Below, piece by piece: positions 1 to 10,108 of a stretch of 64,000 nt of DNA. The notes under the pieces are model-generated. The model was not told the origin of the DNA. It searched no databases and saw nothing but the letters and a program-made list of their open reading frames with translations. Every line of letters begins with the position of its first letter. The stretch's first letter is position 1. The stretch is taken from positions 32,001 to 96,000 of IMG/VR virus record IMGVR_UViG_2558860250_000001. One strand, 5' to 3'. The translations under genes were made by a program, and so were the position numbers. The DNA comes from a virus (Duplodnaviria > Caudoviricetes).

Positions 1-1582
1 GATTAAATCGCAATGAACCGTTTGACACCATCGGCTCCAACTCGGCGATACGGTCTTCTTTGGACTTGTTCTGTTTCGGTGGAACCTCTACAACCTTAGT
101 TCCATACACATTTCGGCGCTGCAATTCCTCTAACAACTGATCGTAGAACGAACCTTGATACGCAGTTGATTCTACGATAAACACTTTTGGACGATATTGT
201 TCGATAAAGTCTGCTGCCCGTTTCAACTGCTCGCTAACCTTCGCCTTGAACGGATCACAGTGAACAATGTACATGGCGCCGGACTCACTCTTCACAACAC
301 GACCAATAACGATGAAATCACCTTTGGCTTTACCACGAGCTAAGTCAATACCAGCCACATCTTGTCTGCAATCCGCAATGGCAATTTTATGTCCGTGGTC
401 GTATATGAACTCACCATCGAAATTCTCGTAATACGTGAAATTATCCTTGACAAACAGTTGTCTGGATTTGTCTATTGGATCATTTTGCTGCTCGGTTTGG
501 AATGCCAATGGATTGGTGATTTTTAGATCCATCAACATTTTGTAATCACGTTTTTCCGGCCACAATACAACAGCGCCTCTGTTCATTTCCTCCTTATTAT
601 CCTCGTAGAATTTCTGGCTTTCTGGCCCACGATTAGGGTTACTGAAGTCCTTTACAATAGTCTCATATTGATGCCATAAGTCCTGTCGGTCAGCGTCACG
701 AATCACAGCTTGCCAGAACAATGTTTCCCATTCATGTTGTCGTTTTGTGTATATCTGATGAAGCAACGAGTCGTACGCCAAAATAGTACCGGCATAAAAG
801 TATTTACTATTACGACTATCGCCCAATGGCATGAACTCTTTGTCGAACTTGTCCACCATTTTTTGTATAGCTTCGCGATTAGTAACGTTTTCACGATCTT
901 CTAAGTCATCGAAAATCAAATCTGGTCGAGATACTCCGCTACGCGCACCACGCAAAGGTGAGTCTGCGCCGTAACACTCGATGGTGATACCGTTTAGCGT
1001 TGTAATTGCGTCTTCTCTGTCCATGATGTTCCGTTGGGGAACTTCAGACATTAACTCGCCGAAATCCTCACGAAACTTTTTGTTATATTTCAGTACATCT
1101 TTAATGAACTTCATCAGACGGACAACGGTTGGACGCATGGCTGATATGAAAATTGTATAGTTGGTCAATTCATAAGCAATACTATGTATGATATTGATTT
1201 GCGATATGACGGCGCTTTTCGCGTGTTCGCGTGGCGCAATAATAGCCAGTCTCGCTACACCAGGTCTGTCCTTGACCTCCAACACCTTTTTCGCCATCTC
1301 ATAATGAAATGGTGGGGAAGGGGTCTCATTGCGCAATAGAAACTGTTCTGGATTACTGCCGCGTTCTTCGGATAGATATTCCTTGGCAAACTCCATCATA
1401 TCCCATCGGCACCGTTCAATGCGCTCCAACTTTTTCAATTCCGCATTGACAGTGAGCAACACCTGTCTGTCCACAGTTGACAAATTTTCTATCTTACCGC
1501 TGGCTTTCCGCACAAGTTTCTTCTTAATTTCCTCAAGTTTGTCGATGCGTTCGCGACGCTGTTTATCCTTTTCTGTTAACAT
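1..1582 (-). CDS. terL: Phage terminase large subunit (C-terminus runs off the window edge; missing from the ORF track)
   Basis: Manual translation from ATG 1582 (MLTEKDKQRR...). Walker A IIAPREHAKS, RG.R....RPDLIFDDLED Walker B region, GTIL coupling motif, RNase H-like VAGIDLA and KEDRIAELEP. Confidence 0.92.
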   Translation of the reverse strand, partial: MLTEKDKQRRERIDKLEEIKKKLVRKASGKIENLSTVDRQVLLTVNAELKKLERIERCRWDMMEFAKEYLSEERGSNPEQFLLRNETPSPPFHYEMAKKVLEVKDRPGVARLAIIAPREHAKSAVISQINIIHSIAYELTNYTIFISAMRPTVVRLMKFIKDVLKYNKKFREDFGELMSEVPQRNIMDREDAITTLNGITIECYGADSPLRGARSGVSRPDLIFDDLEDRENVTNREAIQKMVDKFDKEFMPLGDSRNSKYFYAGTILAYDSLLHQIYTKRQHEWETLFWQAVIRDADRQDLWHQYETIVKDFSNPNRGPESQKFYEDNKEEMNRGAVVLWPEKRDYKMLMDLKITNPLAFQTEQQNDPIDKSRQLFVKDNFTYYENFDGEFIYDHGHKIAIADCRQDVAGIDLARGKAKGDFIVIGRVVKSESGAMYIVHCDPFKAKVSEQLKRAADFIEQYRPKVFIVESTAYQGSFYDQLLEELQRRNVYGTKVVEVPPKQNKSKEDRIAELEPMVSNGSLRFN

Positions 1583-2112
1583 CTCACCAACTCACTTTCT
1601 GCCAAACCGAGTGACAATGCTTCATCCGCATATATGTACCATTCGTTCACTGTACCTTTAATTTGATCTAGCTGTTCTTGCCTAATTTTCGTCTTACTGA
1701 TTACGTAGTCGTCGTACATTTTCATCCAGCGCGTATCTTCTTTTTGTCGTCGCATACGTTCAGTCAAAGTGCCCCATGTGCACCCGTTCATGTCGTGGTA
1801 CATAAAAATGGCCAAATTATGTACAAATCTCTTATGACCAGATAGAAATATAAGCAACGACATACTAGCCACTAATCCCATTGCGACAGTATGAATCGGT
1901 GTTTCACTTGACTCTATAGCACCTACTAATGCAAATCCATCCGTAACGTTGCCGCCAGGACTATTGATAGCCAGTGTAATCGGTAAACGCTGATGGCCAA
2001 CCACCTTCAATACCTGTTCATCATCGTGGTTGTTAATCTCATTTATTTTCTCAATTAGTTTAGAAACTGTACCACTATTAATCTCATCAAATAACAACAA
2101 TCTCCGATTCAA
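1576..2112 (-). CDS. ClpP-like (Clp protease proteolytic subunit family) protein
   Basis: INSPGGNVTDGFAL, catalytic Ser in VASM, MYH His motif, EALSLGLAE C-terminal motif. Confidence 0.85.
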   Translation of the reverse strand: MNRRLLLFDEINSGTVSKLIEKINEINNHDDEQVLKVVGHQRLPITLAINSPGGNVTDGFALVGAIESSETPIHTVAMGLVASMSLLIFLSGHKRFVHNLAIFMYHDMNGCTWGTLTERMRRQKEDTRWMKMYDDYVISKTKIRQEQLDQIKGTVNEWYIYADEALSLGLAESELVRC

Positions 2113-2116
2113 CTCA

Positions 2117-2231
2117 TCACCACCTTTGGAATATACGTGCTACGTTCACCATTGCATCAGTGATTCCGATAACCAACGCCAACACAATCACCGAAAAAAA
2201 GATACGGGTGTGTCATTGCCCATAGCCACAT
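2117..2231 (-). pseudogene. Small membrane peptide gene interrupted by a +1 frameshift in a homopolymer
   Basis: Removing one base from the A7 run (2194-2200) gives MWLWAMTHPYLFSVIVLALVIGITDAMVNVARIFQRW*, whose stop overlaps the RBS of the next gene. Confidence 0.5.
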
Positions 2232-2802
2232 ACTGTTCACCCCTTATAATTCGTTGTTTGAGGCACCTAGCGTCCATTCTGACGGCTTTTGTATCATCGC
2301 ATGATAAAATGGTCGTACGCATCATATCCAAGCGTTAAATGTGCCAAGTTTTAACGTTTTTCTAATCTCACATTAAATATTTGTACCATGTCATCTGCCA
2401 CTTCCATTGGCATCAAATATTGTCGTGCGAATTCTTTCCCTTGTAATCCGCGACGATATGTAGCCATGACAGGATATCGTTTGCGTATCAATGACATCAC
2501 CTTACGATCCTCTGTATATCCAGCGATATGTTCATCATCGTACTTCCACAATCGATTATGTACGCTCATCATCGCATTCACACTCCTCGCACAATTCACC
2601 GCAACTACCACAACGGTCACATTCGCATCGACCTATCCATAGGTTGCATTGTTCACAACGCCTAAACCATTCACCGTCAATCGGTCGCCATCCGCAATCA
2701 GCACATCTGTAATCGTCCACCATATATCCACGCCCATCACGGTCGATGCCATCCAAATATGTATCGCACACTAAATCAGCATTGCATCGTGGGCATGTGT
2801 GG

Positions 2803-3066
2803 TCACTCAATATCATCACGTATTGTCAACTCATCAAACATCTCCTTATTGTTGGTATCTAGCGCATAGTCGATTAACATTTTGCGCACCAATTTCTCCG
2901 CATCCTTGGTGTCGCCTAGTCGTGGCGTAAATTCTTTGATGGAAGATATGTACCGCCTGTACATGCCGTTGTCATATGTAATTATCCCTTGTAGATGTTG
3001 AATGTTGTACTTGCGGCACAATACAAACAACTCTAAGAAGAATTTATTCATGTCTTCGGCATTCAC
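2803..3066 (-). CDS. IDEAL-domain phage protein
   Basis: C-terminal LIDYALDTNNKEMFDELT; GGAGG RBS before GTG 3066. Confidence 0.65.
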   Translation of the reverse strand: MNAEDMNKFFLELFVLCRKYNIQHLQGIITYDNGMYRRYISSIKEFTPRLGDTKDAEKLVRKMLIDYALDTNNKEMFDELTIRDDIE

Positions 3067-3205
3067 GATGACACCTCCAATTTGTTTTAATTTAATTATA
3101 TCGATTATATAATACAAAATCAATAGTTGCTTTGATATAAAAATGGCGGTATATTGTGTGCATAACTTCGCTATAATGATTTTAACGAAGCACATGGAGG
3201 CGATG

Positions 3206-4096
3206 ATGATGCTGACAACGAGTGTGTCGTCTGCGGATACAAATTATATCAACTTGTACTTGTCAATGTATGAAACGCAGAGCGTTGAAACGATGAAAGT
3301 GTACGAAAACACAATTTCTGGATTCGTTCGATTTGTTGGCAAACCACTTAATACGGTCACGGTAGGGGATATCATCGAATACCAGAAGTCGATATCACAC
3401 TTGGCTGTATCCACACAACGCCGGATGATTAGTACGCTTAAATCATTGTACAAATTTCTCGGCGGCCAACCAGGGTATCTTATCGCCAATCCATTCGCCG
3501 TATACAAATTGCCGAAGGAACAGAAGAATGAAACAATTGAGCGAGTGTTGTCGCATGATGAGGTGGAATTAATTCGTTCATATTTACGGTCGCACAATAC
3601 TCGTGACTGGCTATTGGTGACGATGTTGTATACAACCGGTTTGCGTGTTAGTGAATTAATCAACGCCACCTGGAACGATGTATATTATGACGAAGAAGGA
3701 CATTGCGGATTGCGTGTGGTGGGGAAGGGGAACAAAGTCCGCTACGTGAAATTGCAATGTGCTTTAGTCGATGCGTTACAACATTACCGTTCGGACTGTG
3801 GATTGGATGAGGTAGAGGATGCACCACTATTTGTTAGTCGACGAGGAACTAAATTGACGAAAGAAGCCGTAGAGCAAATGGTGCGCAAAACTGTCAAAGA
3901 GGTTGGTATTCATAAACGAGTCACGCCACACTGGTTTAGACATAGTGCAGCAACATCGGCACTGTATAACGGGGCGAATGTGCATCAGGTGCAACAATTA
4001 CTCGGCCACAGTGACATGCGCGTTACCAGTCGATACGTTCACACAATCAATAAGTTACGTGACTCGGCTGTGGATTTTATCAACGTGGAAATGTGA
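3206..4096 (+). CDS. Tyrosine recombinase (XerC/D-like integrase family)
   Basis: N-terminal SAM-like domain; catalytic residues intact: TGLRVSE, GKGNK, HWFRH, LLGH, SRYVH. Start placed after the GGAGG RBS. Confidence 0.93.
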   Translation: MMLTTSVSSADTNYINLYLSMYETQSVETMKVYENTISGFVRFVGKPLNTVTVGDIIEYQKSISHLAVSTQRRMISTLKSLYKFLGGQPGYLIANPFAVYKLPKEQKNETIERVLSHDEVELIRSYLRSHNTRDWLLVTMLYTTGLRVSELINATWNDVYYDEEGHCGLRVVGKGNKVRYVKLQCALVDALQHYRSDCGLDEVEDAPLFVSRRGTKLTKEAVEQMVRKTVKEVGIHKRVTPHWFRHSAATSALYNGANVHQVQQLLGHSDMRVTSRYVHTINKLRDSAVDFINVEM

Positions 4097-4172
4097 TCAT
4101 AGAACACTTAATGTTATATTTTGAACACCAAATTATAATATTTAAGGGTGGCCGTAATGACCACCCCCAATT

Positions 4173-5249
4173 TTATGCACTCAATTGGTCTTCGTTTCTC
4201 CTGCGTCCACGTGGGCGAGGAATCTTTGGCTGATACACCGGTGCATCATCAATGTGCTTCTCAAAATCGCGTATCATAACATTAATACGCTTTTGCACAT
4301 TTTCCTTTTTAGCACTACCGCCACGAGTGGCTTCGTTATAGGCGCTCCCATTTCGTTGCCGATTAAAGAATTGCTGTGCCCATCCGCCAAACTTTAATGG
4401 TGGCACTTCTAACTCCAATGCTTTCATAGCCACTATGAACAAATTGGGCAAGTGTGTTTTACGCAGGAATGTTTCGCGTTTAGCGCCTTCTACAATAGGG
4501 AACGCTTCACCCAAATAGTCGGTCACAACATTGATTGTTTCAGACACTTTATCTGATATGCCTGTGTCGCGTAACCACTTGACGAATTCTTTTACGGACG
4601 CACCACCGATATCAGCACCTGCGCCATCATTGGCTACCAATAGCATAATCTGTAAAATCAACTCTTCATGAGTGAATCGACTACGCATTGTCGATGTGAA
4701 ATTGACACTATCGGTGAAAAATGGCTTTGTTACGATTGACTCCACAAACTCAATTACATCCGACCCAGCCATAGCGCGCGTCAACTCAATTGGTTTTAGT
4801 GCAATACCACGGTTGAGACGGATAAAGGCCTCTTCAATCTGCTCCTCAGTCATGCCACGCATCTGCACAAACTCGATAGAAGCGTTGTTAAACCTTTGCC
4901 GAAGTATTTCTGGTAGTTCTTTATATGTCAAGTTAGCAATTTCATATTCCTCATCATCCAACTCAACGGAAGGTGTATTGTCGGCCAAAGCGTATTCTCC
5001 ATCAATGAATCCCAATATTGCCCTTGTACGTTGTTTACCGTTTAGCACCCACAGGTATGTGTCACCTTTGTCAACCGCATAAATGTCAGGCACAGGATAA
5101 CCTTGTGTCAACGAGTGGATAAGTAGGGACTTATCTTCTAGTTTCCATACGTCATTACGTTGAAATTTTATATCTAGTCGAATCTGCTTGCGTTCGAGAG
5201 CAATTTGTCCAACAGTCTTACTAACCCTAGATGTACTAATCACGTCCAC
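4173..5249 (-). CDS. DUF262 (GmrS/ParB-like) domain protein
   Basis: FQRNDVW..LIHSL..YPVP, VLNGKQR (DGQQR-like), F.RLNRG motifs. Confidence 0.8.
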   Translation of the reverse strand: MDVISTSRVSKTVGQIALERKQIRLDIKFQRNDVWKLEDKSLLIHSLTQGYPVPDIYAVDKGDTYLWVLNGKQRTRAILGFIDGEYALADNTPSVELDDEEYEIANLTYKELPEILRQRFNNASIEFVQMRGMTEEQIEEAFIRLNRGIALKPIELTRAMAGSDVIEFVESIVTKPFFTDSVNFTSTMRSRFTHEELILQIMLLVANDGAGADIGGASVKEFVKWLRDTGISDKVSETINVVTDYLGEAFPIVEGAKRETFLRKTHLPNLFIVAMKALELEVPPLKFGGWAQQFFNRQRNGSAYNEATRGGSAKKENVQKRINVMIRDFEKHIDDAPVYQPKIPRPRGRRRNEDQLSA

Positions 5250-5291
5250 ACTCTCCTTATGGAATTCTTAATTGCATTATACCACGTTTAA

Positions 5292-7730
5292 TCAAATTTT
5301 AGACCGCAATCTGATATCGCGTAATACGTCATTGATTGGGCGACCGTACCGTTTGCTGTGTTCACGTGTAAGTGCGCTGTTGTATCGTGTTTCATAACGT
5401 TTGTATACAAGAGGTGGCGCATGATATAAGAATGGTGTTTGATACTCGCCACTGGTATCCCGCCACACAGCTATAAACTGGAAACGCTTAACCTGTTCTT
5501 TCGCTTCCTCTGGTGTAAATGTAGGAGTGAGAACATCCTTGAGCCGTGTGAATACGTCGAGTGAACTGTTGTTGCCAAGATGCCAGTTGACGCCACTGGA
5601 CATTAGTACATCAGTGAAATCCTTCGTCAACTTTTTGAAGTCATAAAACGCGAATATTGGTGCGATGCGATATTTCGGCCCCTCATACAACATGCGCTGT
5701 AAAAATGATACAAGTCCAGGTGTTTCATATTGATGTGGTTCGTTAAAAATGCAATACGTACGCCCACCACATCCACTTATTTTCGTAAGGAATATGACCA
5801 ATGTCAGCCAATGCATAATTGTTTTCACCGCCATTGGTCCTAAGTCACGTGATGGTATACGAACAATTATCACTTTGTTCTCGTTCATCCATTTGCCCCA
5901 CGTAATTTTAGGATTATATCGTTGACCGAACAGTGGCTTGAGGAAGGCGTCGCGTTGTATCTTGTTTAAACGTGTAATGATTGGTGCAGCTACCGTTGCA
6001 CGCATACTGTCTGACGATAATTCGTTAAATTGCTGTAGTGCGTCGATAGCTTCCTCGTCGTTCAACTCGTGTAGTACCTTTTCGCGTAATTGTGCGTTTG
6101 TTAGCAATGACCGTATCATGACAGGATCGGCATTTGCCGCTTGTGCGAACCCTTGTAAATAATCTTCGGTACGATGTTCATCACCGTCGCCCATTAGGAA
6201 TGAGGTCAACTCTTGCGCGATTCTGTTGCGAATAATACGCGCTGATTTGAATGACGCAATATCTTGCAATCCAAGATATATCGGGTACTCGTAGTCACCC
6301 AAGTTCAAATCAATCACATCATCCTGATTCAGCGCATCGCGTACCGAATCAGACATACCACGTTCACCACGTTCATCAATCGCGTCTAATATGACAGTTC
6401 CAATATTATGTTTCTTCTTGGCTTCAACAATAAAGTTGACAATGGCCATATCCTTGCCTGCACGTGGAGATGCAACAAATGCACGAGGTGTAAATAACAT
6501 ATCATCATCTTTAGTGGGGAGGAAAACTGGTTTCGATTCTCCACGATATACGACATCGCCCATGTATATACCTTTATCATCCGTAAACACACTCGGCACT
6601 TCAACTTCAACGGTACGATTAGCCTCCAACACATCTTTATATTCCTGTTGCAAGTCTGATGTTGGCAATTGTACCAACTTACCGATCTCTTCGTTGCTGA
6701 GTAACACAGGATCACGGTCAATCACGTTGTATTGTAGATGATTACACATATCAACTATTCCAATGCGACGTGGTTCAATCACCAATTGATTTTTTCCATT
6801 CAACTCGACAAACGACGCACCAACACTCTGTATCAACATATCACGACGCACACGATCTTCTGAGTGAATCAATACGTACAATGACGATTTGAATACAGGT
6901 CGATTTTGTTTGTTCATCGTATCTGAACCTAATTCACCATCAACCAGTAATCGTTGTCGTTCTAAATCCTTTATCTCAAGACGCCCTATTGTTATTTGGT
7001 CTGACTTACGAGTGCTAAATACACTTTGCTCAATTCCGTTGACGACATCTTCTGTCATATCGACTATTTGATTCACCGTACCCGTCACAAGTTTGCTGGC
7101 TGATTGAACCGCATTGGCGGGTTTTATTTTATTGCGTTGCGGCACTTTATCGTTGTTCCAAATATGCCACGCGTAATCAGCCGAGCGCTTCCATTTCATA
7201 CGAGGATATGCTTCAAATCGCATGTGAAGCGATACTTTGTCGCCTGGTTTGAGTTGACGAATGACATCCATCAAATTGCGTAGTGGGGAAGTCTGTTCAC
7301 TGTAATTACATCGCAGGCTGAATATGTTGTTTCGTATCAATCTCAATTCGCCAACGGATGTATTGTTTGGTGTTACGTTAACGTCATCAGTCGATGCCTC
7401 TGTCAACGTATTGTTGTGCCATTGGTCGTGATTGGCGAGACGTAGTTTCAAGGTGTCATTAAATGTATCTGTGACAGCCATATAAAATTGTATCTGTCGC
7501 TGTTCATTTTCGTCGCACATCAACTGTACAATCCACCAAATATCATCCTTGTTGCGTACTTCGATATGTTTTCCTCGCCGTATTGTGCGTGTAGAAATGG
7601 GGGAGTAGAGGGACATTAATTCATGTAACACTAACCACAAACGTCTATTTTGACTGTTTAATACGGACTTGTGTGGCGTGATGCGATAAATGCGATGTGT
7701 GTTAGGGATGATTCGGATAGGCGAGTACAT
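5292..7730 (-). CDS. Large P-loop ATPase of the VirD4/TraG/HerA-FtsK superfamily type
   Basis: 812 aa; Walker A-like ASPRAGKD, Walker B-like CIFNEPHQY, KVIIVRIP..LG and GPKYRI segments typical of coupling-protein folds. Confidence 0.65.
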   Translation of the reverse strand: MYSPIRIIPNTHRIYRITPHKSVLNSQNRRLWLVLHELMSLYSPISTRTIRRGKHIEVRNKDDIWWIVQLMCDENEQRQIQFYMAVTDTFNDTLKLRLANHDQWHNNTLTEASTDDVNVTPNNTSVGELRLIRNNIFSLRCNYSEQTSPLRNLMDVIRQLKPGDKVSLHMRFEAYPRMKWKRSADYAWHIWNNDKVPQRNKIKPANAVQSASKLVTGTVNQIVDMTEDVVNGIEQSVFSTRKSDQITIGRLEIKDLERQRLLVDGELGSDTMNKQNRPVFKSSLYVLIHSEDRVRRDMLIQSVGASFVELNGKNQLVIEPRRIGIVDMCNHLQYNVIDRDPVLLSNEEIGKLVQLPTSDLQQEYKDVLEANRTVEVEVPSVFTDDKGIYMGDVVYRGESKPVFLPTKDDDMLFTPRAFVASPRAGKDMAIVNFIVEAKKKHNIGTVILDAIDERGERGMSDSVRDALNQDDVIDLNLGDYEYPIYLGLQDIASFKSARIIRNRIAQELTSFLMGDGDEHRTEDYLQGFAQAANADPVMIRSLLTNAQLREKVLHELNDEEAIDALQQFNELSSDSMRATVAAPIITRLNKIQRDAFLKPLFGQRYNPKITWGKWMNENKVIIVRIPSRDLGPMAVKTIMHWLTLVIFLTKISGCGGRTYCIFNEPHQYETPGLVSFLQRMLYEGPKYRIAPIFAFYDFKKLTKDFTDVLMSSGVNWHLGNNSSLDVFTRLKDVLTPTFTPEEAKEQVKRFQFIAVWRDTSGEYQTPFLYHAPPLVYKRYETRYNSALTREHSKRYGRPINDVLRDIRLRSKI

Positions 7731-7927
7731 ACGGACACTCCCTTAAAATAAATGCTCGATTATGTCATTCAACATATAAGCATCGAATGACCATAAACTG
7801 TGCGAATGTTGAAGTACCGATGCCAATTCGATCAATTGTATATCATTGGCATGTTTCGCAAAATCAATGAGTTGTTGCTTGTTGTCTGTATCAAATTGCG
7901 TTCCACCTATCACGACTACCATATTAG

Positions 7928-8575
7928 TCATCCCTTCACAAATATCATCCATGCAGCACCAATACCAGAAGCAATCCATAATCTAGGTGCCCAGACTTTG
8001 CTTCCGAACATCTTCAGAAATCCTCCAATAACCAACGTTGCCACAACGATATATGGCATCTGTTCGGTTAATTCGTGCACAAGCTCTCGCAAAAGCCCAT
8101 TGACGCCATCGCCTATTGCATTGCCAATTGAACTGAACCATCCAGACACAACTTTGTGTGACCAGTCACCACCACCATAGAGCACACTCGGTTCCATGAC
8201 TTGGTGTAAGTTGATGTATCGTTCGGGATTAATCCATTCGCCATGTGGGTCCATAATTCCGAGATGAAGGTGGGGTCCAGTGCTATGTCCACTATCCCCA
8301 CTACGCGCGATGATTTCTTGTACATATACATGGTCGCCTGGTTTGACATACACTTTGTCGAGATGCCCAAGTACAGCCGTGTACCCATCATTAAATTTGA
8401 GCCAAATTGCATTGCCGAATCCAGCATTGTCGTGTGTAACTTTGTCGACTACGCCACCCTCAAACGCCCGTATTGGTGTATCCATTGCGACACCAAAATC
8501 AATTCCTTGATGTAGGTGATCGGAGTGCGCTGCGTCATGTTCATGCCATCCACTCGTAATGCGCCAAGTTGTCAT
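7928..8575 (-). CDS. M23 family peptidoglycan endopeptidase with C-terminal membrane segments
   Basis: HQGIDF, GHLD, SGHSTGPHLH motifs; hydrophobic C-terminus. Confidence 0.9.
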   Translation of the reverse strand: MTTWRITSGWHEHDAAHSDHLHQGIDFGVAMDTPIRAFEGGVVDKVTHDNAGFGNAIWLKFNDGYTAVLGHLDKVYVKPGDHVYVQEIIARSGDSGHSTGPHLHLGIMDPHGEWINPERYINLHQVMEPSVLYGGGDWSHKVVSGWFSSIGNAIGDGVNGLLRELVHELTEQMPYIVVATLVIGGFLKMFGSKVWAPRLWIASGIGAAWMIFVKG

Positions 8576-8778
8576 GACGCCCCACGCCCACGCATCAATT
8601 TCACTTTCTGGCTCGTATCACAAATGAATTCATATGCACCCGTTACGCATTCGGTGGCGCCGATAGTTGCTAACAATGGTATCCAACCACCCATCATCCA
8701 AACAGGAATACTCGCAACCGTTGCAGCCATATATAGCGCCAAATCCGCTTTCGTTTCCGTCTTAGCAAAAAATATCAT
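8572..8778 (-). CDS. Small membrane protein
   Basis: Two hydrophobic segments; GGAGG RBS; overlaps the M23 gene start. Confidence 0.6.
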   Translation of the reverse strand: MIFFAKTETKADLALYMAATVASIPVWMMGGWIPLLATIGATECVTGAYEFICDTSQKVKLMRGRGAS

Positions 8779-8790
8779 CGCAATTCCTCC

Positions 8791-9099
8791 TTAGAACTTT
8801 AGTAACCAACGTATGATTTGGGGAGCATGTATTATCACCTCCAGTCCAATCGCCATGTCGAGTAGTCGTTTGATAGCCAACGAACGATTGCCGAACATCC
8901 ATAAGAACCCTGTGATGACTGCAATCGAAATAGCAGTCCAATCTGCGGCTTTAATCACTTCAGGCCAGATATCATCAAAATCGAAATCATGGTTTCGACT
9001 ACTCGCTGGAATCCCATCATCAAAAGAAGATGATCGTAAATTGGCGACGTTTGTTGAGTTATTAAAAAAGTCATTCCACTTTATCGTCTCCGCACGCAT
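8791..9099 (-). CDS. Membrane protein with two C-terminal TM helices (VirB2/TrbC pilin-like topology)
   Basis: ADWTAISIAVITGFLWMFGNR...MAIGLEVIIHAPQII. Confidence 0.5.
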   Translation of the reverse strand: MRAETIKWNDFFNNSTNVANLRSSSFDDGIPASSRNHDFDFDDIWPEVIKAADWTAISIAVITGFLWMFGNRSLAIKRLLDMAIGLEVIIHAPQIIRWLLKF

Positions 9100-9100
9100 A

Positions 9101-9340
9101 TCAATGACCTCCAGTTAGGGCATTTAATATTTCGGTCAACATCTCGTGGTGAGTCTGAGCCAATTTAATCAACTCGTGAATAGCCGCCGTACTTTGACCT
9201 TTTAGATTCGCCGCTTCAGCCTTAATTTGAGCCATTTCAGCTGCGTGTTCATTATTGATACGTGCGAGTGCCTTTGCTTTACGTGTCTCCATCGCACCTT
9301 TAACGATGATGCCCATAAGTCCCATTTTATTGACCTCCAA
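9101..9340 (-). CDS. Small helical hypothetical protein
   Basis: ORF within the operon; GGAGG RBS before MGLMG. Confidence 0.55.
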   Translation of the reverse strand: MEVNKMGLMGIIVKGAMETRKAKALARINNEHAAEMAQIKAEAANLKGQSTAAIHELIKLAQTHHEMLTEILNALTGGH

Positions 9341-9429
9341 TCGCAGTTAAAAACATATCGATTACGTCTTGTATATTGAGTTGTGTCGGCAAGTCCGATG
9401 GATTGACTTTGGCTAACCATTGCATTGCT

Positions 9430-9627
9430 TTAATCCACAGCACGCAACTTCACCTCTTTAGAGTATTGAACCAATGGGCATACATGTTGCGGTTGCTTAC
9501 GACGTTGCAATACGGCATATCCAACGCCCCAAATTGCGATAGGATAGGTGGCTGACAATATTGCGCATACACTTGCAGCACCAACAAATGTTGTAAAAAC
9601 AATTACACCTTTAATTTTAGGCGACAT
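9430..9627 (-). CDS. Small membrane protein
   Basis: MSPKIKGVIVFTTFVGAASV...; AGAGGTG RBS. Confidence 0.55.
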   Translation of the reverse strand: MSPKIKGVIVFTTFVGAASVCAILSATYPIAIWGVGYAVLQRRKQPQHVCPLVQYSKEVKLRAVD

Positions 9628-9628
9628 C

Positions 9629-9658
9629 GAATATTCACCTCTTTCTGCGGACACACTA
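9629..9658 (+). promoter_or_regulatory. Candidate forespore sigmaF/sigmaG-type promoter
   Basis: GAATA-N15-GGACACACTA, which also reads as GAATA-N18-CACACTA; fits the B. subtilis sigmaF/sigmaG consensus spacing. Confidence 0.4.
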
Positions 9659-9691
9659 CCCTCAACAAATAAACCAATTGGAGTGATCAAT

Positions 9692-9775
9692 ATGTTCGCG
9701 GAACCTTTGTACCTTTTCATCGGCGGCGCAATTGGAGCTGTGCTAAACGTGTTGGCCGGAGTGTGGCATTTTTAA
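9692..9775 (+). CDS. 27-aa hydrophobic micropeptide
   Basis: GGAGTG RBS; MFAEPLYLFIGGAIGAVLNVLAGVWHF. Confidence 0.5.
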   Translation: MFAEPLYLFIGGAIGAVLNVLAGVWHF

Positions 9776-9867
9776 TGGGATATATCATTGGAACCATTAC
9801 GCTATTGGGTATAACAATTTGGACTGCACACGATTGGGTGCATTTGGCACATGTACTGCACCCGTAA
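9775..9867 (+). CDS. 30-aa hydrophobic micropeptide
   Basis: TAATG coupling to the previous ORF; MGYIIGTITLLGITIWTAHDWVHLAHVLHP. Confidence 0.5.
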   Translation: MGYIIGTITLLGITIWTAHDWVHLAHVLHP

Positions 9868-10092
9868 TTAAATTAATCCATCCAGTATATCGTCGTCTGA
9901 TATGGGGACATTATCCATGACGGATGATTTGATAGTGGGTGCAGGCGGTGTGGTTGCTTGCGCCCCATTTTGCATCATCAACCGAACACGTCTCACACAC
10001 TCGCGTATACGACCAGCACGATTGGGCGCGGAATATATCCATTCTAAATCTGCGCGTTGTTCAGAATCGAGCACATTCCATCCGGTTGACAT
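9868..10092 (-). CDS. Putative ParR-like adaptor / small DNA-binding protein
   Basis: Directly downstream of the actin-like gene; ADLEWIYSAPNRAGRIRECVRR helix pair and acidic tail DDDILDGLI. Confidence 0.5.
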   Translation of the reverse strand: MSTGWNVLDSEQRADLEWIYSAPNRAGRIRECVRRVRLMMQNGAQATTPPAPTIKSSVMDNVPISDDDILDGLI

Positions 10093-10108
10093 AGTGACAA
10101 TTTCACAC

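Noticed and set aside
703-1661. Short ORFs 703-894, 710-904 and 1329-1661
   Set aside because: Shadow frames of the terminase gene; the same applies to most antisense ORFs overlapping the large genes.
4097-4172. attP/dif-like site next to the tyrosine recombinase
   Set aside because: No match to the Bacillus dif consensus; an att site cannot be identified without the host sequence.
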